A stretch of DNA of 64,000 nucleotides from Eledone cirrhosa (GCA_964016885.1 OZ024740.1:56792001-56856000); one strand, 5' to 3'. Shown: positions 1 through 15,055, counted from the first letter of the stretch. The notes: generated by a model from the letters alone, not told the origin. Numbers and translations are program-made.

Positions 1-1510
1 AAGCAGGGAACCTATCGGGACCTACTGCTGAATTATGCTTGATTTCCTTTATTCACGCTAAGACATCAGGGGCGCCAAACGTTATGTCCGATAAGGTGTA
101 ATGAGGAGTAACATCGCCGATACAGCCCAGATCGGCCATATCAGGATTGCTGAAAACAGAGCAGTATTGTTTCTGCAGTATCTCACCCATGGTTTTAGCA
201 TTGTCTTGAAGAGTGCCATTTTCATCAATTAGAGGGCCAACAGTAGAGCCAGTGATTTTGTGTTTTTTTGCAAATGAAAAGAACACTTTGGGATTGAGTT
301 TGATCTTCTCAATGGCCCAGGCCTCTTCAGCTCTTCTCTGATTGTTGATGATAGACATCATGTTGTTTTGGAGGTTATGTTTTTTAATCTCTAGTGATGA
401 AATGGCAGTCAAGTTGATGTGTTGCTGCTGACAGTATTTCAGCTTGTTGATTTTTTGGTTCGTTCTCTTAATTTTCCTGATGAGCGTTTTTCTATTTCTA
501 GGGATTCTGCTCTTAGATTTGTTTATAGTTTTTAATGGGGTGTGTTTTGCACATATGTTTGTAACAGTGTCCACAAATGTCTGCCAGGACTTTTTGATGT
601 TAGTGGGTGTATGAGTGTGCGTGAAGGACCAGTCGACATGTGCAAGATCATTACTGATCGCTTCCCAGTTTGTATTGTGGAAATCTATAGCGTCAAACGG
701 ATGGACAGGAGAGATGACATTGGGTTTGTATATTGGACGGTGGAATCTCAGATCACAGAGAACCATGTCATGATCAGAGAGTAGAGTTTTCTCCACTGCA
801 ATATTGTGGATATTGTCAGTGTGATTGCTGAAAATTAAGTCTAGGACGTTTTTGTGGCACCTCGTTGGTTCGAGCACCAGTTGGGACAGAAAGAAATCAT
901 CCATGAAGTCAAGAAGCGATTCCACTGCTTCCCTGTCAGAGGTTGAGGCAGAAGAACCTGGTGGCAGGCTGTTTGTGGACCAGTCAACTCCGGGGAGGTT
1001 GAAGTCCCCCATCATTAAGATGTTGTCAGGGTGACACTCTTGGATGAAACACTTTATGCTGTTGAGGCATTCCTTGAAGCATGGTACAGGCGTTTGGGGT
1101 GGCCTATAGAGCCCAACTACTATTAGGTTGTTGGTTTGACTGAATACAGTGACTGCTTCGCAGTATCCATTAGTGAATATGTTCATAGCCTCTGTTGAGA
1201 AAGAATAATGGACATAAATGGCAGTCCCACCCTTTCTTCTGCCAGCGCGATCAGCACGGATGGCTTTGAAATTTTTCACTTTCACCTCGGCTTCCAAGTG
1301 GAGGTTACTGAGATGGGTTTCAGTGAGGACGAAGAAAGGGATGTGGTTTGGATGGACATCAACCCAGTACTCCAGGAATTTGATCTTCCATTTTTGAGTA
1401 TTGGTGGAAGGGCTGATGCCTTGGGCGTTAAGCAAAAATGTTGAGGCGAGAGTGGATGGTTTTAATTGTTTTGGTGTGTTGTTAATTTGTTTGTTTGTTA
1501 ATGGCAGCAA
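1..1510 (-). pseudogene. CR1-like LINE ORF2 (APE endonuclease and linker, running into the RT N-terminus off the window edge); in-frame TGA at 53-55
   Basis: APE motifs LTETHL, GLYRPP, MGDFNLP, LDLIF, SDHDMV; CR1-like IKLNPKVFFSFAK..VGPLID. The frame continues after the stop as IKEIKHNSAVGPDRFPA (RT-proximal GPD motif). Confidence 0.9.
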
Positions 1511-2277
1511 TGGGAGTTTGTGGAGTGGGGTGATAGTGGAGGGTGGTGCTGGGTCATAGCTCGAATGTTTTTTTCCAGTTCTTTTGCCAGATTCATTATG
1601 GCTAAAAAAGAGGAAGAAGTTTCCTGTTTAGGAGGCTGTTGGTGACTGTGGTAATGGTTATTTTTATGTAGGTTATGGCTTTTGTTTTTGCTTTTATTTT
1701 TTATTTTATTTTCAATTGTCCGACGGGTCCCCGGGAGATGGGTAAAGGGACAATCCCGGTCTAAACACAATCTGTCTCGCAGGGAAAAGCGGCAGATTTG
1801 TGGATTCCTTGTTTGAGTTATTGGTGGTTGTGTTGGTGTTAAATTAGAGTATGTATTATGGTGGTGGCTGTTTGTGGGGATAGACCGTTTTGTCCTAGGT
1901 AAATGGGTGAATTTGCAGCCACTATCCGTACATATTCTATAGCGTACAGAGTAGCGGCAAATGATGGGGTTTCGAGTGGGTGTGTATGTGTGTGTGTGTG
2001 TTATGAGAGGTGTAGATGATGGTTTGAGTAGGATTTGACGACATTTGTGGGCTGTGGGAGGGAGAGTTCTTGTACTAGTATTAGAAGGTAAATTCCTTGA
2101 CATAGCAGTAGGCAAAGATGTTGTAGTAGTATTAGTAGTAGTAGTAGTAGTAGTAGGCAGAGAAGAGGTTGGCAGTGGTGATGATTGGACTACTGGGCCA
2201 GAGAAAGGAAGTGGCGTTTCCTGCTGTGAGACAGAGGCTACTGGGAGGTCAATAGTTTCATTTAGTAGATCGGCCAT
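1498..2277 (-). CDS. LINE ORF1 with two tandem CCCH zinc fingers
   Basis: 259-aa ATG-initiated ORF with [19 protein letters not shown] and [19 protein letters not shown] (C-x8-C-x4-C-x3-H); directly upstream of an APE-endonuclease ORF. Confidence 0.8.
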   Translation of the reverse strand: MADLLNETIDLPVASVSQQETPLPFSGPVVQSSPLPTSSLPTTTTTTTNTTTTSLPTAMSRNLPSNTSTRTLPPTAHKCRQILLKPSSTPLITHTHTYTPTRNPIICRYSVRYRICTDSGCKFTHLPRTKRSIPTNSHHHNTYSNLTPTQPPITQTRNPQICRFSLRDRLCLDRDCPFTHLPGTRRTIENKIKNKSKNKSHNLHKNNHYHSHQQPPKQETSSSFLAIMNLAKELEKNIRAMTQHHPPLSPHSTNSHCCH

Positions 2278-2361
2278 TGTTGATGAATCAAGGAGTGGTT
2301 CACACTGTTGTTGTCGTTGTTGTTGTTGCTGTTGTTGTTGTTGCTGTTGTTGCCGTTGCTG

Positions 2362-4028
<1,667 letters not shown>

Positions 4029-4235
4029 AGTATTAAGGGTACTATTTATGGTTATGTATGCAATAAAACCTTTAATGGTAATATATTATATATACAAACC
4101 CTAAATAGTGAAAGATAGTCATTAATTACTATCCTATTACCAGTAAGATAAATAGCTCAATGTAATAACATCAGTTGTTTTACAGAGCAGTTATATAGAG
4201 ATTACAATAATCAAAGTTCAGTTTAAGTCATTTAT

Positions 4236-4284
4236 TTGCTTACAATTGTTTCCTTCAAACCGAGGTTTGGATTCTTCGGAGCAA
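4236..4284 (-). ncRNA. Degenerate minimal type-I hammerhead ribozyme in a PLE-type terminal fragment (about 4030-4290)
   Basis: Minus strand TTGCT-CCGAAGA-ATCCAAACCTCGGTTTGAAG-GAAA-CAATTG-TA-AGCAA; core U4>C change, stem I TTGCT/AGCAA, palindromic stem III. Confidence 0.55.
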
Positions 4285-5579
4285 CTATTTACTGATCTAT
4301 AACATACTTGACCTCCTTTTCAACCCAAGAGACACATAAAACATATGCGCATATTGATCAACAGTGGAGTGACATTCATCAAATGATATAGCATGGCAAT
4401 TTACATATAAAGGTTGCAGGATAAAAATAAAAACAAGAATGAAAATAAAGACAAACATGAAGCGTTGGCAGTCTATGAAGATAAAGCAAGAGGAAAGTTT
4501 AGAGTAGTCAGTGTATGAAACAATCTCACGTGTAGCATGCACGCGTGTCTTATTTATACATGATTAGAGTGCGTCAGAATGATATTTGCAGGGTCAGGCA
4601 GTTGAAGCAGACAATCGATCTTATTATGTGGGTTGAATTATTAAGTCATTTATTCTCATACATCTGTATGATATACAGTCTCGGATGCAGGGGAACACCA
4701 AAATATCAAAAACTTTCAACATACTATAAACCTTATTGTATCGTAGGCAAAGCCGTATCACTGTCTTCGCTCACACCACCACTCACATAATCCATGGGAC
4801 GCAATATATATAGAGAACATGTGTCTATCGTATAATTCGCGGTGGTTCAGCATATAATCAAGCTATAAACCGTATCCAGTCGGTTCTTAATTAATAGATC
4901 ATGCTGTCCAGATTCCGGAAGTGTCTGAATGACTAAGGGGAATTAATGCGTAAGGGAGGTAACTAGCTAGTTATCTTAGATAAATTACTATCCTAAACTA
5001 CATTAATGGTGATTCAAATACGTGCCTATCATATGAAGTTATAACTAATTTCTAGTGTGTCGAAACAAATATTGTTATACTTGGGAAGGATCAATATTTG
5101 TGTAATAATATTGCCATAATTAATAACAGAATACACTCACTGTTTGGTTGGTTTTCGCTTCTGTGTCTTTTATATCGGTTAATTTAATTTATTTGGTCCT
5201 CCATGTTACCATTGACTGACCAACGGTCAAAAATACAGATACAATATAGACACAAACACATATATATAGTCTATCAAAGTTCTTCTCGTTGCACATCTGC
5301 AACATCACCAGTGGTGCTATTATGTTTCCTCCCGTTGTATTGTATGCCTGCGCCATCGTTATTTAGTCTGTTTATTTTTTTTGTCTTCTCTGCGCATACG
5401 TTTGCGTGTGTGTATATTGTTTGATGTGTGTTCGTGTTTGGGTGACTGTGTATTGGTTATTGTATTCTATCTTAGTTTACTAGTGTGTGTTTATGTGTTT
5501 GTTGTTATTGTGCTTGTGTATGTATTTATTTATTTATTTATACTTCTCTTAGGTCAGTATTGTTTATTTGGGTGTTGTT

Positions 5580-6555
5580 GTTATTCCATTGATTTTTTCT
5601 GTTTAGCCTTGGCCTTCTAAGTTCTATTTCGCTGGCCTCTCTGATTTGCCTATCTGCTGAGTCATTTCTATGTTTAGATATTCTAATTTCTATGTTGTCT
5701 ATGTTACCGTCATGTTGTTGTCTGGTATGTTCGTATAATACTGAACCGTTTTTTCGTCGTTAGTCCCCCCCCCCCCAGTGTTGGTCTATCCTTTCACCTA
5801 TGCTACGAGCTGTCTCGCCTATGTATGTTGTTGTCATGTTTCTGCAAGTACCCTCTGCACGTTTCTAGTTTTACAGTTATCCGGGGGTTTACTTTACATA
5901 TAATACATTTCCTATTAGTACAGTGTGTTTTCTTAAAAGGGTAGGTTTTGCTGATCAGGGATTTTATGGTGGTTCCTGGCTTTTCTACCACCTTCATCTT
6001 TAAGTGGGTCTTTATCAGGGCCTTTCTACACTGGTTAGCTAATTTCCCTCCAGGGGTAGTGTCCACAAACATGACACTCTGGTATCTCTGGTTGTTGTAC
6101 CATGAGGTGGCTTTCCCTATCTTATGTCTAATTCTATCTAAGCTATTCCATGATTTGCTCCTGTATAATGGGCAAATTCCTTTCATGTCCAGTTCTATGA
6201 GGGTCTTATACTTCTCCGTGGCTCCTTCGTATACTCTGATTCTGTCTCTTTGGTTGTAGCCAGAGAAATGCATGCTGTTGATGAAGTGTTGGATGTGTAT
6301 TTCCATTTCTGTTGGGTTGCACATGCGGGACACGTTCTTCATCACTCGTACCAAGACTGCGATCAGAATATTAAACTTAGCACTACTGAACATTGCTGAT
6401 TTTTTGTGTATCAGGTATTTGGAGGCCATGGGTTTAGCATAGTGTGAGTGGAGAATTTGGGCCCTCTCGTCTATAGTGTTAATCCAGAGTTCCGTGTCTA
6501 ATACTCGTAGTCTATTTTTAGTGTGTTTGGAAGGGTAGTCAACAGTTACAGTTAT
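5580..6555 (-). pseudogene. PLE RT C-terminus plus GIY-YIG endonuclease, frameshifted
   Basis: ORF 5803-6429 plus a shifted frame near 5820 carrying YIGET and the N-x-K-x-x-W end. Confidence 0.85.
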
Positions 6556-6856
6556 ACTCAGAAAAACAAAAAAAATGAATGGAATAACAATAACACTGAC
6601 CTAAGAGAAGTATAAATAAATAAATAAATAAATAAATACACACACAAGCACAATTACAACAAACACATAAACACACACTAGTAAACTAAGATAGAATACA
6701 ATAACCAATACACAGTCACCCAAACACGAACACACATCAAACACTATACACACACGCAAACGCATGCACAGAGAAGACAAAAAAATAAATAAATAAATAA
6801 ACAGACTAAATAAAGATGGCGTAGGTATACAATACAACGGGAGGAAACATAATAGC

Positions 6857-6898
6857 ACCACTGACGATGTTGCAGATGTGCAACGAAAGAACTTTGTT
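6857..6898 (+). ncRNA. Minimal hammerhead motif in the PLE terminal repeat
   Basis: CTGACGA-T-GTTGCA-GATG-TGCAAC-GAAAG-AA-CTT; mutated mirror copy at 5273-5315 (-) and third copy at 10637-10678 (+). Confidence 0.65.
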
Positions 6899-7092
6899 AG
6901 ACTATATATATGTGTTTATGTCTATATTATATCTGTAGTTTTGACCGTTGGTCAGTCAATGGTAATATTGAGGACCGAATAAATTAAATTAACCGATATA
7001 AAAGACACAAAGCGAAAACCAACCAAACAGTGAGTGTGTTCTGTTATTAATTCTGGCAATATTATTACACAAATATGACCCTCCCCAAGTAT

Positions 7093-8330
<1,238 letters not shown>

Positions 8331-8419
8331 TGCATGATGGCTGCCCCCTCGTTATCGAGTATGGCCATTGCACGAGGAGAAAAAAAAAAAAAAATAAATA
8401 AAATAAAATAAAAAAAGAA

Positions 8420-8452
<33 letters not shown>

Positions 8453-8639
8453 TACATACATACATACATACATACACACATATATATATACATACACACA
8501 TATACATTAATAACAATAATAATAATAATAATAACGACAATAATAATAACGACAACAACAACAATAATAATATACATATACATATATATATATACACACA
8601 CGCACACACATAAGCATATCTATACACACACACGATAGC

Positions 8640-10142
8640 AACTAACAGCGCTGCGATCGAATGTGGCTTTTTAGCCCAGCCAATGATCTAAAATGTCTTG
8701 CACAGAGTCGGCAACCAAAACATTCACTGGGAATAGCCGGCTGTGGTTGGAGTTCATGTACTTTTGCATGTCGCTTGAGCCCTCCTGCTGATTTACATTC
8801 CCTACCACTTGCTTGACAAGCATGATGAGTAGCATCTCCAACAGCAGCCTGGTAGTCACCACTGGTCTTACTTTATGAATGCGAAGATGACTTTCGAGTC
8901 CAGCTTTGCTTAGGCAGAGTCTCGCACAGACGCTGCATGTCAGCACCATAGGAGGACCCTCGCCGTCTGGAAGTGCAACAGCAATGCCCTTCCTCACATC
9001 CCGCTTTACTTTCTCGTATGCGATTCGAAATGCCTCAAAGGCAACTTTTCCCTCATATACAGTCTTTCTCCATTTATTACGATCAGCAGCAATATTTTCC
9101 CATGTATCAGCAGAGATGTTAGCGTCTTTCAAAGAGGCTTTCAAGGAATCCTTATACGTCCTTTTTGGTTTATGTGGCGGTCGTGTTCCTTTAACTAACT
9201 CTCCATAAAAGAGTTGTTTTGGTATTCTAGAATCCTTCATCCTGGCAAGGTGATCACTCCAACGGAGTCGTTGCTTAAGCACAAGAGCTTTTATACTGTC
9301 ACACATAGAGCTTTCCAAAATCTCGACATCACTGATGTGGTCCCTCCAGTGAACGCCATGGATCCGTCTGAGACACATCTGATGGAAACGCTCCAATTGC
9401 TTAAGGTGGTGTCGATATGTGACCCAGGTCTCGCAGGCATAAAGAAGACAAGAGAGCACACATGCCTTGTACACCTTTACCTTTGTCCTCCTGCATATGT
9501 CTCGCCGACCCCAGAGTCGCCTTTCTAGCTTTCCGAAAGCATCACTTGCTTTCCTAATCCTAAGTGAGAGTTCACTATCAAGGTTGCTGTATCGATTGAC
9601 AGTGCTTCCCAGGTAGACAAACTGATCAACCACTCCAAGTCGTTTACCATACACATAGATATTTGGTTCAGTGTACTGCTTACCAGGGGCAGGTTGTACA
9701 TGACGACGGTTTTCCTGAGACTGACAGTCAATCCTAGGGCAGTGCAAGCGTCAGAAAATGCATTCAAAATGTGCTGCATATCACTCTCTGTGTGCGCTAC
9801 AAGATCGCAATTCCTGAATGCAATACAGAAAACCATCGCAAAGTATATGGCAAACAGGGTCGGTGCTGGAATATCCCCCTGTTTCATTCCATTTTTTACT
9901 GAGATAGGCTCCGACATGTTACCTCCGACATTAACCCAAGCCTTCATGTCATCATGGAAAGACCTAACTAAAGCAAGGAACTTATCAGGGCAACCAAGTT
10001 TCTGGAGAACCTTCCATAATGCATCTCTGTTAACAGTATCGAAAGCTTTTGTCAGATCGACAAAAACCTGATACAGATCCAAACCTTGTTCCATGCACTT
10101 CTCCTGGAGTTGTCTAGCTGAGAAGATCATATCAGTAGTGCC
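8640..10142 (-). mobile_element. 5'-truncated RTE-clade LINE (degenerate RT plus C-terminal C2H2 fingers)
   Basis: RQLQEKC, FVDLTKAFDTV, KQG..APTLF, FVYLGS, LLYACETW, RLRW..HLARM; frameshifts near 9700 and 8850. Confidence 0.93.
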
Positions 10143-10294
10143 GCACCGTCTAGCGGAGTCCAGCTAAAACAAGGGGCATATTTGTCTATGCATTTCATCA
10201 AGACAATGATTCCCTCTTCTCACTGATGAACTTTGAGACAGGCGAAAATATATAGTGTTTTCGCCTGTGCATACATATATATATATACATACAC

Positions 10295-10337
<43 letters not shown>

Positions 10338-10404
10338 TATATACACAAATATACATATATATATATATATACACAAATATACATATATATATACATATAT
10401 ATAA

Positions 10405-10866
10405 TAATTAAATAAATAAATATGTACACAAGTACAATAACAACAAACACATATAAACACATACTAGTTAACTAAGATAGAATAAAAAACAAAAACACAT
10501 ACACTCAAACGTGAACACACCAAACATTATACACACACGCAAACGCATGCGCAGACAGAGACAATAAGAAATTAATTAATTAATTAAAATAAAAATGGCG
10601 TAGACAGTACAATACAATGGGAAGTAATATAATAGTACCACTGAGGATGTTGCAGATGTGCGACGAAAGAACTTTGATAGACTATATATATTTTTTTATA
10701 TGTGTATTTTTAACCGCTGGTCAATCAATGATAAACATTGATTGCCAAATAAATTAACTATGGAGATATAAAAGCTACAGAAGCGAAAACCAATCCAAAC
10801 CAAACACTGAGTGTGTTCTGTTATTATTTCTGGCAATATTATAACAATATGACCCTCCCCAAGTAT

Positions 10867-10872
<6 letters not shown>
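10405..10872 (+). mobile_element. Solo copy of the Naiad-like PLE 3' repeat with HHR motif
   Basis: Clearly similar to 6610-7098; same end CCCTCCCCAAGTATAACAAT followed by (TA)n. Confidence 0.85.
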
Positions 10873-10928
<56 letters not shown>

Positions 10929-10964
10929 AGAAACTAGCTTCGGCATAGCTGTATACAAATACGC

Positions 10965-11482
10965 ATGTGGATTTCGTAATCTAAAGATTTACGGTGTGTT
11001 TAATATATAAACATTTTGAAAGCCTCGGTTTGAATAGAAGACTGACGCCAGCACCGTTTAGCGGAGTCCAGCTGAAACAAGGGGTATAATTGTCTATGCA
11101 TTTCGAACTTAGATGGGTCTCATCAAGACAATGATTCCCTCTTCTCACTGATGAACTTTGAGACAGGCGAAAATATATAGTTTTTTCGCCTGTGCAAATG
11201 GGTTTATACATCTTCGTATGCAAATGAGGCTAATCAGCCCATTTACACAGGCGAAGAAGCTATATATTTTCGCCTGTCTCTAAATCCAGTAGGAAGAGGG
11301 AAGCATTGCCCTGATAGGAGCCATCTAAGTTTGAAATGCATATACAATTATCCCCCTTGCTTCTGCTGGACTCTGCTCGACGGCGCTGCCGTCAGTCGTC
11401 TATCCATAGCTGAGGCTTTGAAAATGTTTATATATTAAACATACCGTTTATCTTTAGATATTTAGATATACGAAATTCACAT
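10965..11482. mobile_element. Diverged fold-back/MITE-like palindrome (arms ~240 bp); partial copy at 10143-10270
   Basis: 10965-11202 is an imperfect reverse complement of 11238-11482; each arm contains an ACAGGCGAA..TTCGCCTGT hairpin. Confidence 0.8.
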
Positions 11483-11574
11483 ACATACATACACAAACAC
11501 ACACACAAACACACACACGCACGCATGCACACACACACAAACATGCACACATATATATATACATATATATATAT

Positions 11575-12017
11575 ATAAGTTTAGGAATAACCAAAGAGTG
11601 CTTAGAAATACATTGTTTTATTAGCTAACAGTGTTTCATCCATACCCTATGGCAGGAATCATCAGAGCTTGTACACAAAAATAAATCAAAGGTTGCAGGC
11701 TCCTTCAAGCTCAGTCACTTTTTCTATATAGCGCAGCCCTACTTGTCCGTTATCCTTGTTCTGATGACTGAGCTGGATGGAGCCTGAAACCTTTGATATA
11801 TTTTTGTTTACAAGCTCTGATGATTCCTGCCATAGGGTATGGATGAAATACTGTTAGCTAATAAAACCATGTATTTCTAAGCACTCTTTGGTTATTCCTA
11901 AACTTATAACGGCTCTGTAGTATACTAGTTATCCTACATTGAGCTAAGACCACACTGTCATTCCAAGGGCAATATATCTGCGTGTCTGTGCACATTAATA
12001 TACTTGTCAACGAAACT
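11575..12017. mobile_element. HHR-bearing fold-back element 1 (arms 11575-11717 and 11765-11907, plus a right-hand tail)
   Basis: Near-identical inverted arms between (TA)n tracts; HHR at 11813-11859 (+) and 11623-11669 (-). Confidence 0.88.
11813..11859 (+). ncRNA. Type-I hammerhead ribozyme
   Basis: AGCT-CTGATGA-T-TCCTGCC-ATAG-GGTATGGA-T-GAAA-TACT-GTT-AGCT then AATAAA; the mirror copy has GAAACACTGTT. Confidence 0.75.
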
Positions 12018-12030
12018 ATATATATATATA

Positions 12031-13210
12031 TTAGGGTAAATATTGATGCAATTCAATTCAAGCACTCAACGTACTTTTTCCACATAGGAGTGACGGAGTA
12101 AATATCGAATAAGGAAAAGCGAAGTAGTTTCAGATGTTCAAATCCTTTAATAATAATGCTGTGATATATATTTCAATGGCGACACTGACCACACTGTTCT
12201 GTGTGCCAGTGTCGTGACATCATCAGACAGCTTGTTACATAATAAGGTTATGTTTCCGAGGCAATCCAAATTGGACCGACATGGGAACGGATGAAATGCG
12301 TGCTTTTGGGTCTCTCACCCGTTCCCCTGTGAGTACCAATTCACCCCCACCGGTCTGCGCATGCTCATGTCCGAAGGAAGTTGACCATTAGCTACCTCAG
12401 ATTTCAACGAAATTCGCTTAGTCAGTTCACCCTCTCAGCCACACAATGGCTCGTACCACAGTTTACTGCTACCCATCTCGACTGTGGTAGTCAGCCGAAA
12501 GCCAGAGGGGATGGGAGAGTGTTAGTTTTTACAGGTCATAATACTACCTCTCACCTAGCGTGGACGGTACGACTGACCATCAACTCAAAGGGAAAATAAA
12601 CTTAATTCTTGGTATCATGGTTTATAATTTCTAATATTTGATTTAGGACTTTAATTTTTATTTCCAACTCTCACTCTTAACTTACAATTTAAAACCATGA
12701 TACCAAGAATTAAGTTTATTTTCCCTTTGAGTTGATGGTCAGTTGTACTGTCCACGCTAGGTGAGAGGTAGTATTATGACCTGTAGGAACTAACACTATC
12801 CCATCCCCTCTGGTTTTCGGCTGACTGCCACAGTCGGGATGGGTAGCAGTAAACTGTGGTACGAGCCATTGTGTGGCCGAGAGGGTGACCTGACTAAGCG
12901 AATTTCGTTGAAATCTGCGGTAGCTAATGGTCAACTTCCTTCGGACATGCGCACGCGCAGACAGGTGGGGGTGAATTGGTACTCACAGGGGAACGGGTGA
13001 TAAACCCAAAAGCACGCATTTCATCCGTTCCCATGTCGGTTCAATTTGGATTGCCTCGGAAACAACCTTATTATGCAACAAGCTGTCTGATGATGTCACG
13101 ACACTCGCACACAGAACAGTGTGGCCAGTGTCGCCATTGAAATATATATCACAGCATTATTATTAAAGGACTTGAACATCGGAAACTACTTCGCTTTTCC
13201 TTATTCTATA
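12031..13210. mobile_element. HHR-bearing fold-back element 2 (arms about 12107-12623 and 12692-13206, plus a left-hand tail)
   Basis: ~515-bp highly similar inverted arms, ~68-bp spacer, flanked by TA repeats. Confidence 0.92.
13082..13155 (+). ncRNA. Type-I hammerhead ribozyme with extended stem II (mirror copy 12158-12231, minus)
   Basis: GCTGT-CTGATGA-..CGACACT..CACAC-AGAACA-GTGTG..AGTGTCG..-GAAA-TATAT-ATC-ACAGC; stem I GCTGT/ACAGC, AUC cleavage triplet. Confidence 0.8.
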
Positions 13211-13319
13211 TATATATATTTATGAAGCGGACGTACTCATTTGCATATAACGTATAGTTTAATTAATTACCAACACGACCGCTAATTATATGCAGATTAA
13301 TATGCCCATTTCAGAATAA

Positions 13320-13508
13320 TAATTGTTTCTACTTTTAGCACAAGGCCAGCAATTATCCTAGTGCATTACTGGTACTTTATTTTATCGACCCCGTAAGGAT
13401 GAAAGGCAAAGTTAACCACAGTGGGATTTGAACTCAGAACGTAAAGGGCCGTAACTCTATGCTGCAAAATATGACGTCCAACCCTCTACCGATACTGCCA
13501 ATCAACCG
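13320..13508 (-). mobile_element. tRNA-derived SINE
   Basis: A box TGGCAGTATCGG, B box GAGTTCAAATCC, conserved GCCTTTCATCCTTACGGGGTCGATAAAATAAAGTACCAG body. Confidence 0.9.
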
Positions 13509-14104
13509 TAATAAGAGTGAATATCAAATACATATTTCTTTATGGTTACCTGACAAGAGCCCAATTATGTCCGAAAATCGATTAAAGGTGTTTATCAATT
13601 TTTTCAATTTACGGGGAAATTCGTATTTTCCGGCATGTTTACATTCCTACACATTAAATATATGTATATTCATATACACATGCCTACATATTAAATATGT
13701 GCATATTTATATACACATTGGTGCAGTCTCCGTTACCCATATTTATATAACAGACTTCCTTGTCTAGTAAAATCTATTTCAAAATGTTTAGGAGTGAAGT
13801 CGGAAAAGCAATTGTTTAGTTTATTAACTACAGAGTAATTAAAACAAAGCCAATCCCATAAGATGGAATAAGAAGCAAATTTAATATTATAAATTGAAAT
13901 ATTAATAGATTTTGAACTTTGTGCCTAGAAAGAACATAATTAATACATTGTTATGCATCTGTGCTGAACTATGATGTTTCTCTAATTCACCCGATTGTAT
14001 TCTTATAATCTTAATTTAAACAAATGTCTGTATGTACCACGTATGCATGCACTACGTACGTATGTATGTATGTATGTATGTATGTATGTTTGTATGTATG
14101 TATG

Positions 14105-14637
14105 TCAGGTCGCTCTCGAGTGCTACTGGTAACATATATCCCAGTACAACCTGTCTCATGGTCGGGTCGTCGGCGTCTAAACCGGTAATCCCAACAAGCT
14201 TACTTGGTGAGGAAGGTGATATTTGGACACCCTGCTGGATGAAATACAAGACCCGGCAAAGAGTAGAGGAACTCAAACAGAGTGAACGGCTATCCAAATA
14301 GCACTTTTTCTTTTCATCTGGGAGTGACAGGCCCCCAGTTGTTGTCACAAACCTTTCTAAGAGAGGGAATCTCTGAAAAAAACCTGCGGCTTCAGAAGCA
14401 TCCGATGATGTTGACCAATTCTCCTTTTCGGGTAGTGATTTTGATGCTCAGAGAGTGGGTTTGGCCGAGTGAAAGGCCGTTATCCACTTTAAAAACCTTC
14501 AAAGCACAGGTATTGCTTGTTCAGTATATGTTACAGCTTCGTGTGGCTAGCCGTAGCCTAAAAGTGCACCATTTTCTGTAATCTGACAAGCGATAGCAAT
14601 ACTCTTAGCAGAGTTTGCAGCCATCATGTATGTATGT
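14105..14637 (+). mobile_element. Short internally deleted RTE-derived element between (ATGT)n repeats
   Basis: 3' end GCAATACTCTT..GAG..GCAGCCATC(ATGT)n resembles the RTE tails at 8335-8372, 48960-48992 and 49391-49430; 14223-14298 resembles 49798-49872 (minus). Confidence 0.55.
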
Positions 14638-15055
14638 TCTAATATGTAGCCTCAGTTTTGTATCTAGTTAACTAAAATGTTACATAGAGGCCCATTTTTT
14701 AAAGAGATTGTATGTATTGTGCTACGCCTTCTAATAGATTCTACATTCTTAGAAAAACTAAGAATATTATATGCCCCTATATACTGCAATATATATTAGA
14801 AAATGCTACTTTTTTTCTTGATGTGAAATCCTGTATTGATATTTTTGTACTTCGGAAGTAATATACTGCCAATAAAAACACGCACTGGTTTAATATCTCT
14901 TACTTTTATTAATCAATAAAATAATTATTTAATTGATTAATCAATTGTTTTGTCAAAGTTCTTTCGTCACAGACTGTGATTATATCGATGTGTTTGTGTT
15001 CCTCGTGACCTTCCTCCTGATCAGTACTTGTTTTGTACGTTGTGTTCATCTTTCT

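Larger units (their letters stand above)
1..2361 (-). mobile_element. 5' portion of a CR1-clade-like non-LTR retrotransposon
   Basis: ORF1 plus ORF2 arrangement; short CAA/CAG-repeat leader (2306-2361) abutting the (TA)n tract. Confidence 0.85.

Noticed and set aside
53-55. In-frame TGA in LINE ORF2 as selenocysteine or readthrough
   Set aside because: Not at a conserved Cys position and no SECIS visible; a nonsense mutation or base error is simpler.
10223-10260. CTGATGA...GAAA at 10223 and 11148 as hammerheads
   Set aside because: Stem II pairs poorly, no stem I, GAAA is sequestered in another hairpin, and the mirror arm lacks the core.
11761-11795. Second HHR (CTGATGA..GAAA) in fold-back 1
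   Set aside because: Weak stem II, no stem I/III, and the mirror arm has GCAA instead of GAAA.
12381-12934. Two near-identical 72-aa ORFs as a duplicated gene pair
   Set aside because: They are mirror images from the inverted arms, have TTG starts and no recognisable domain.
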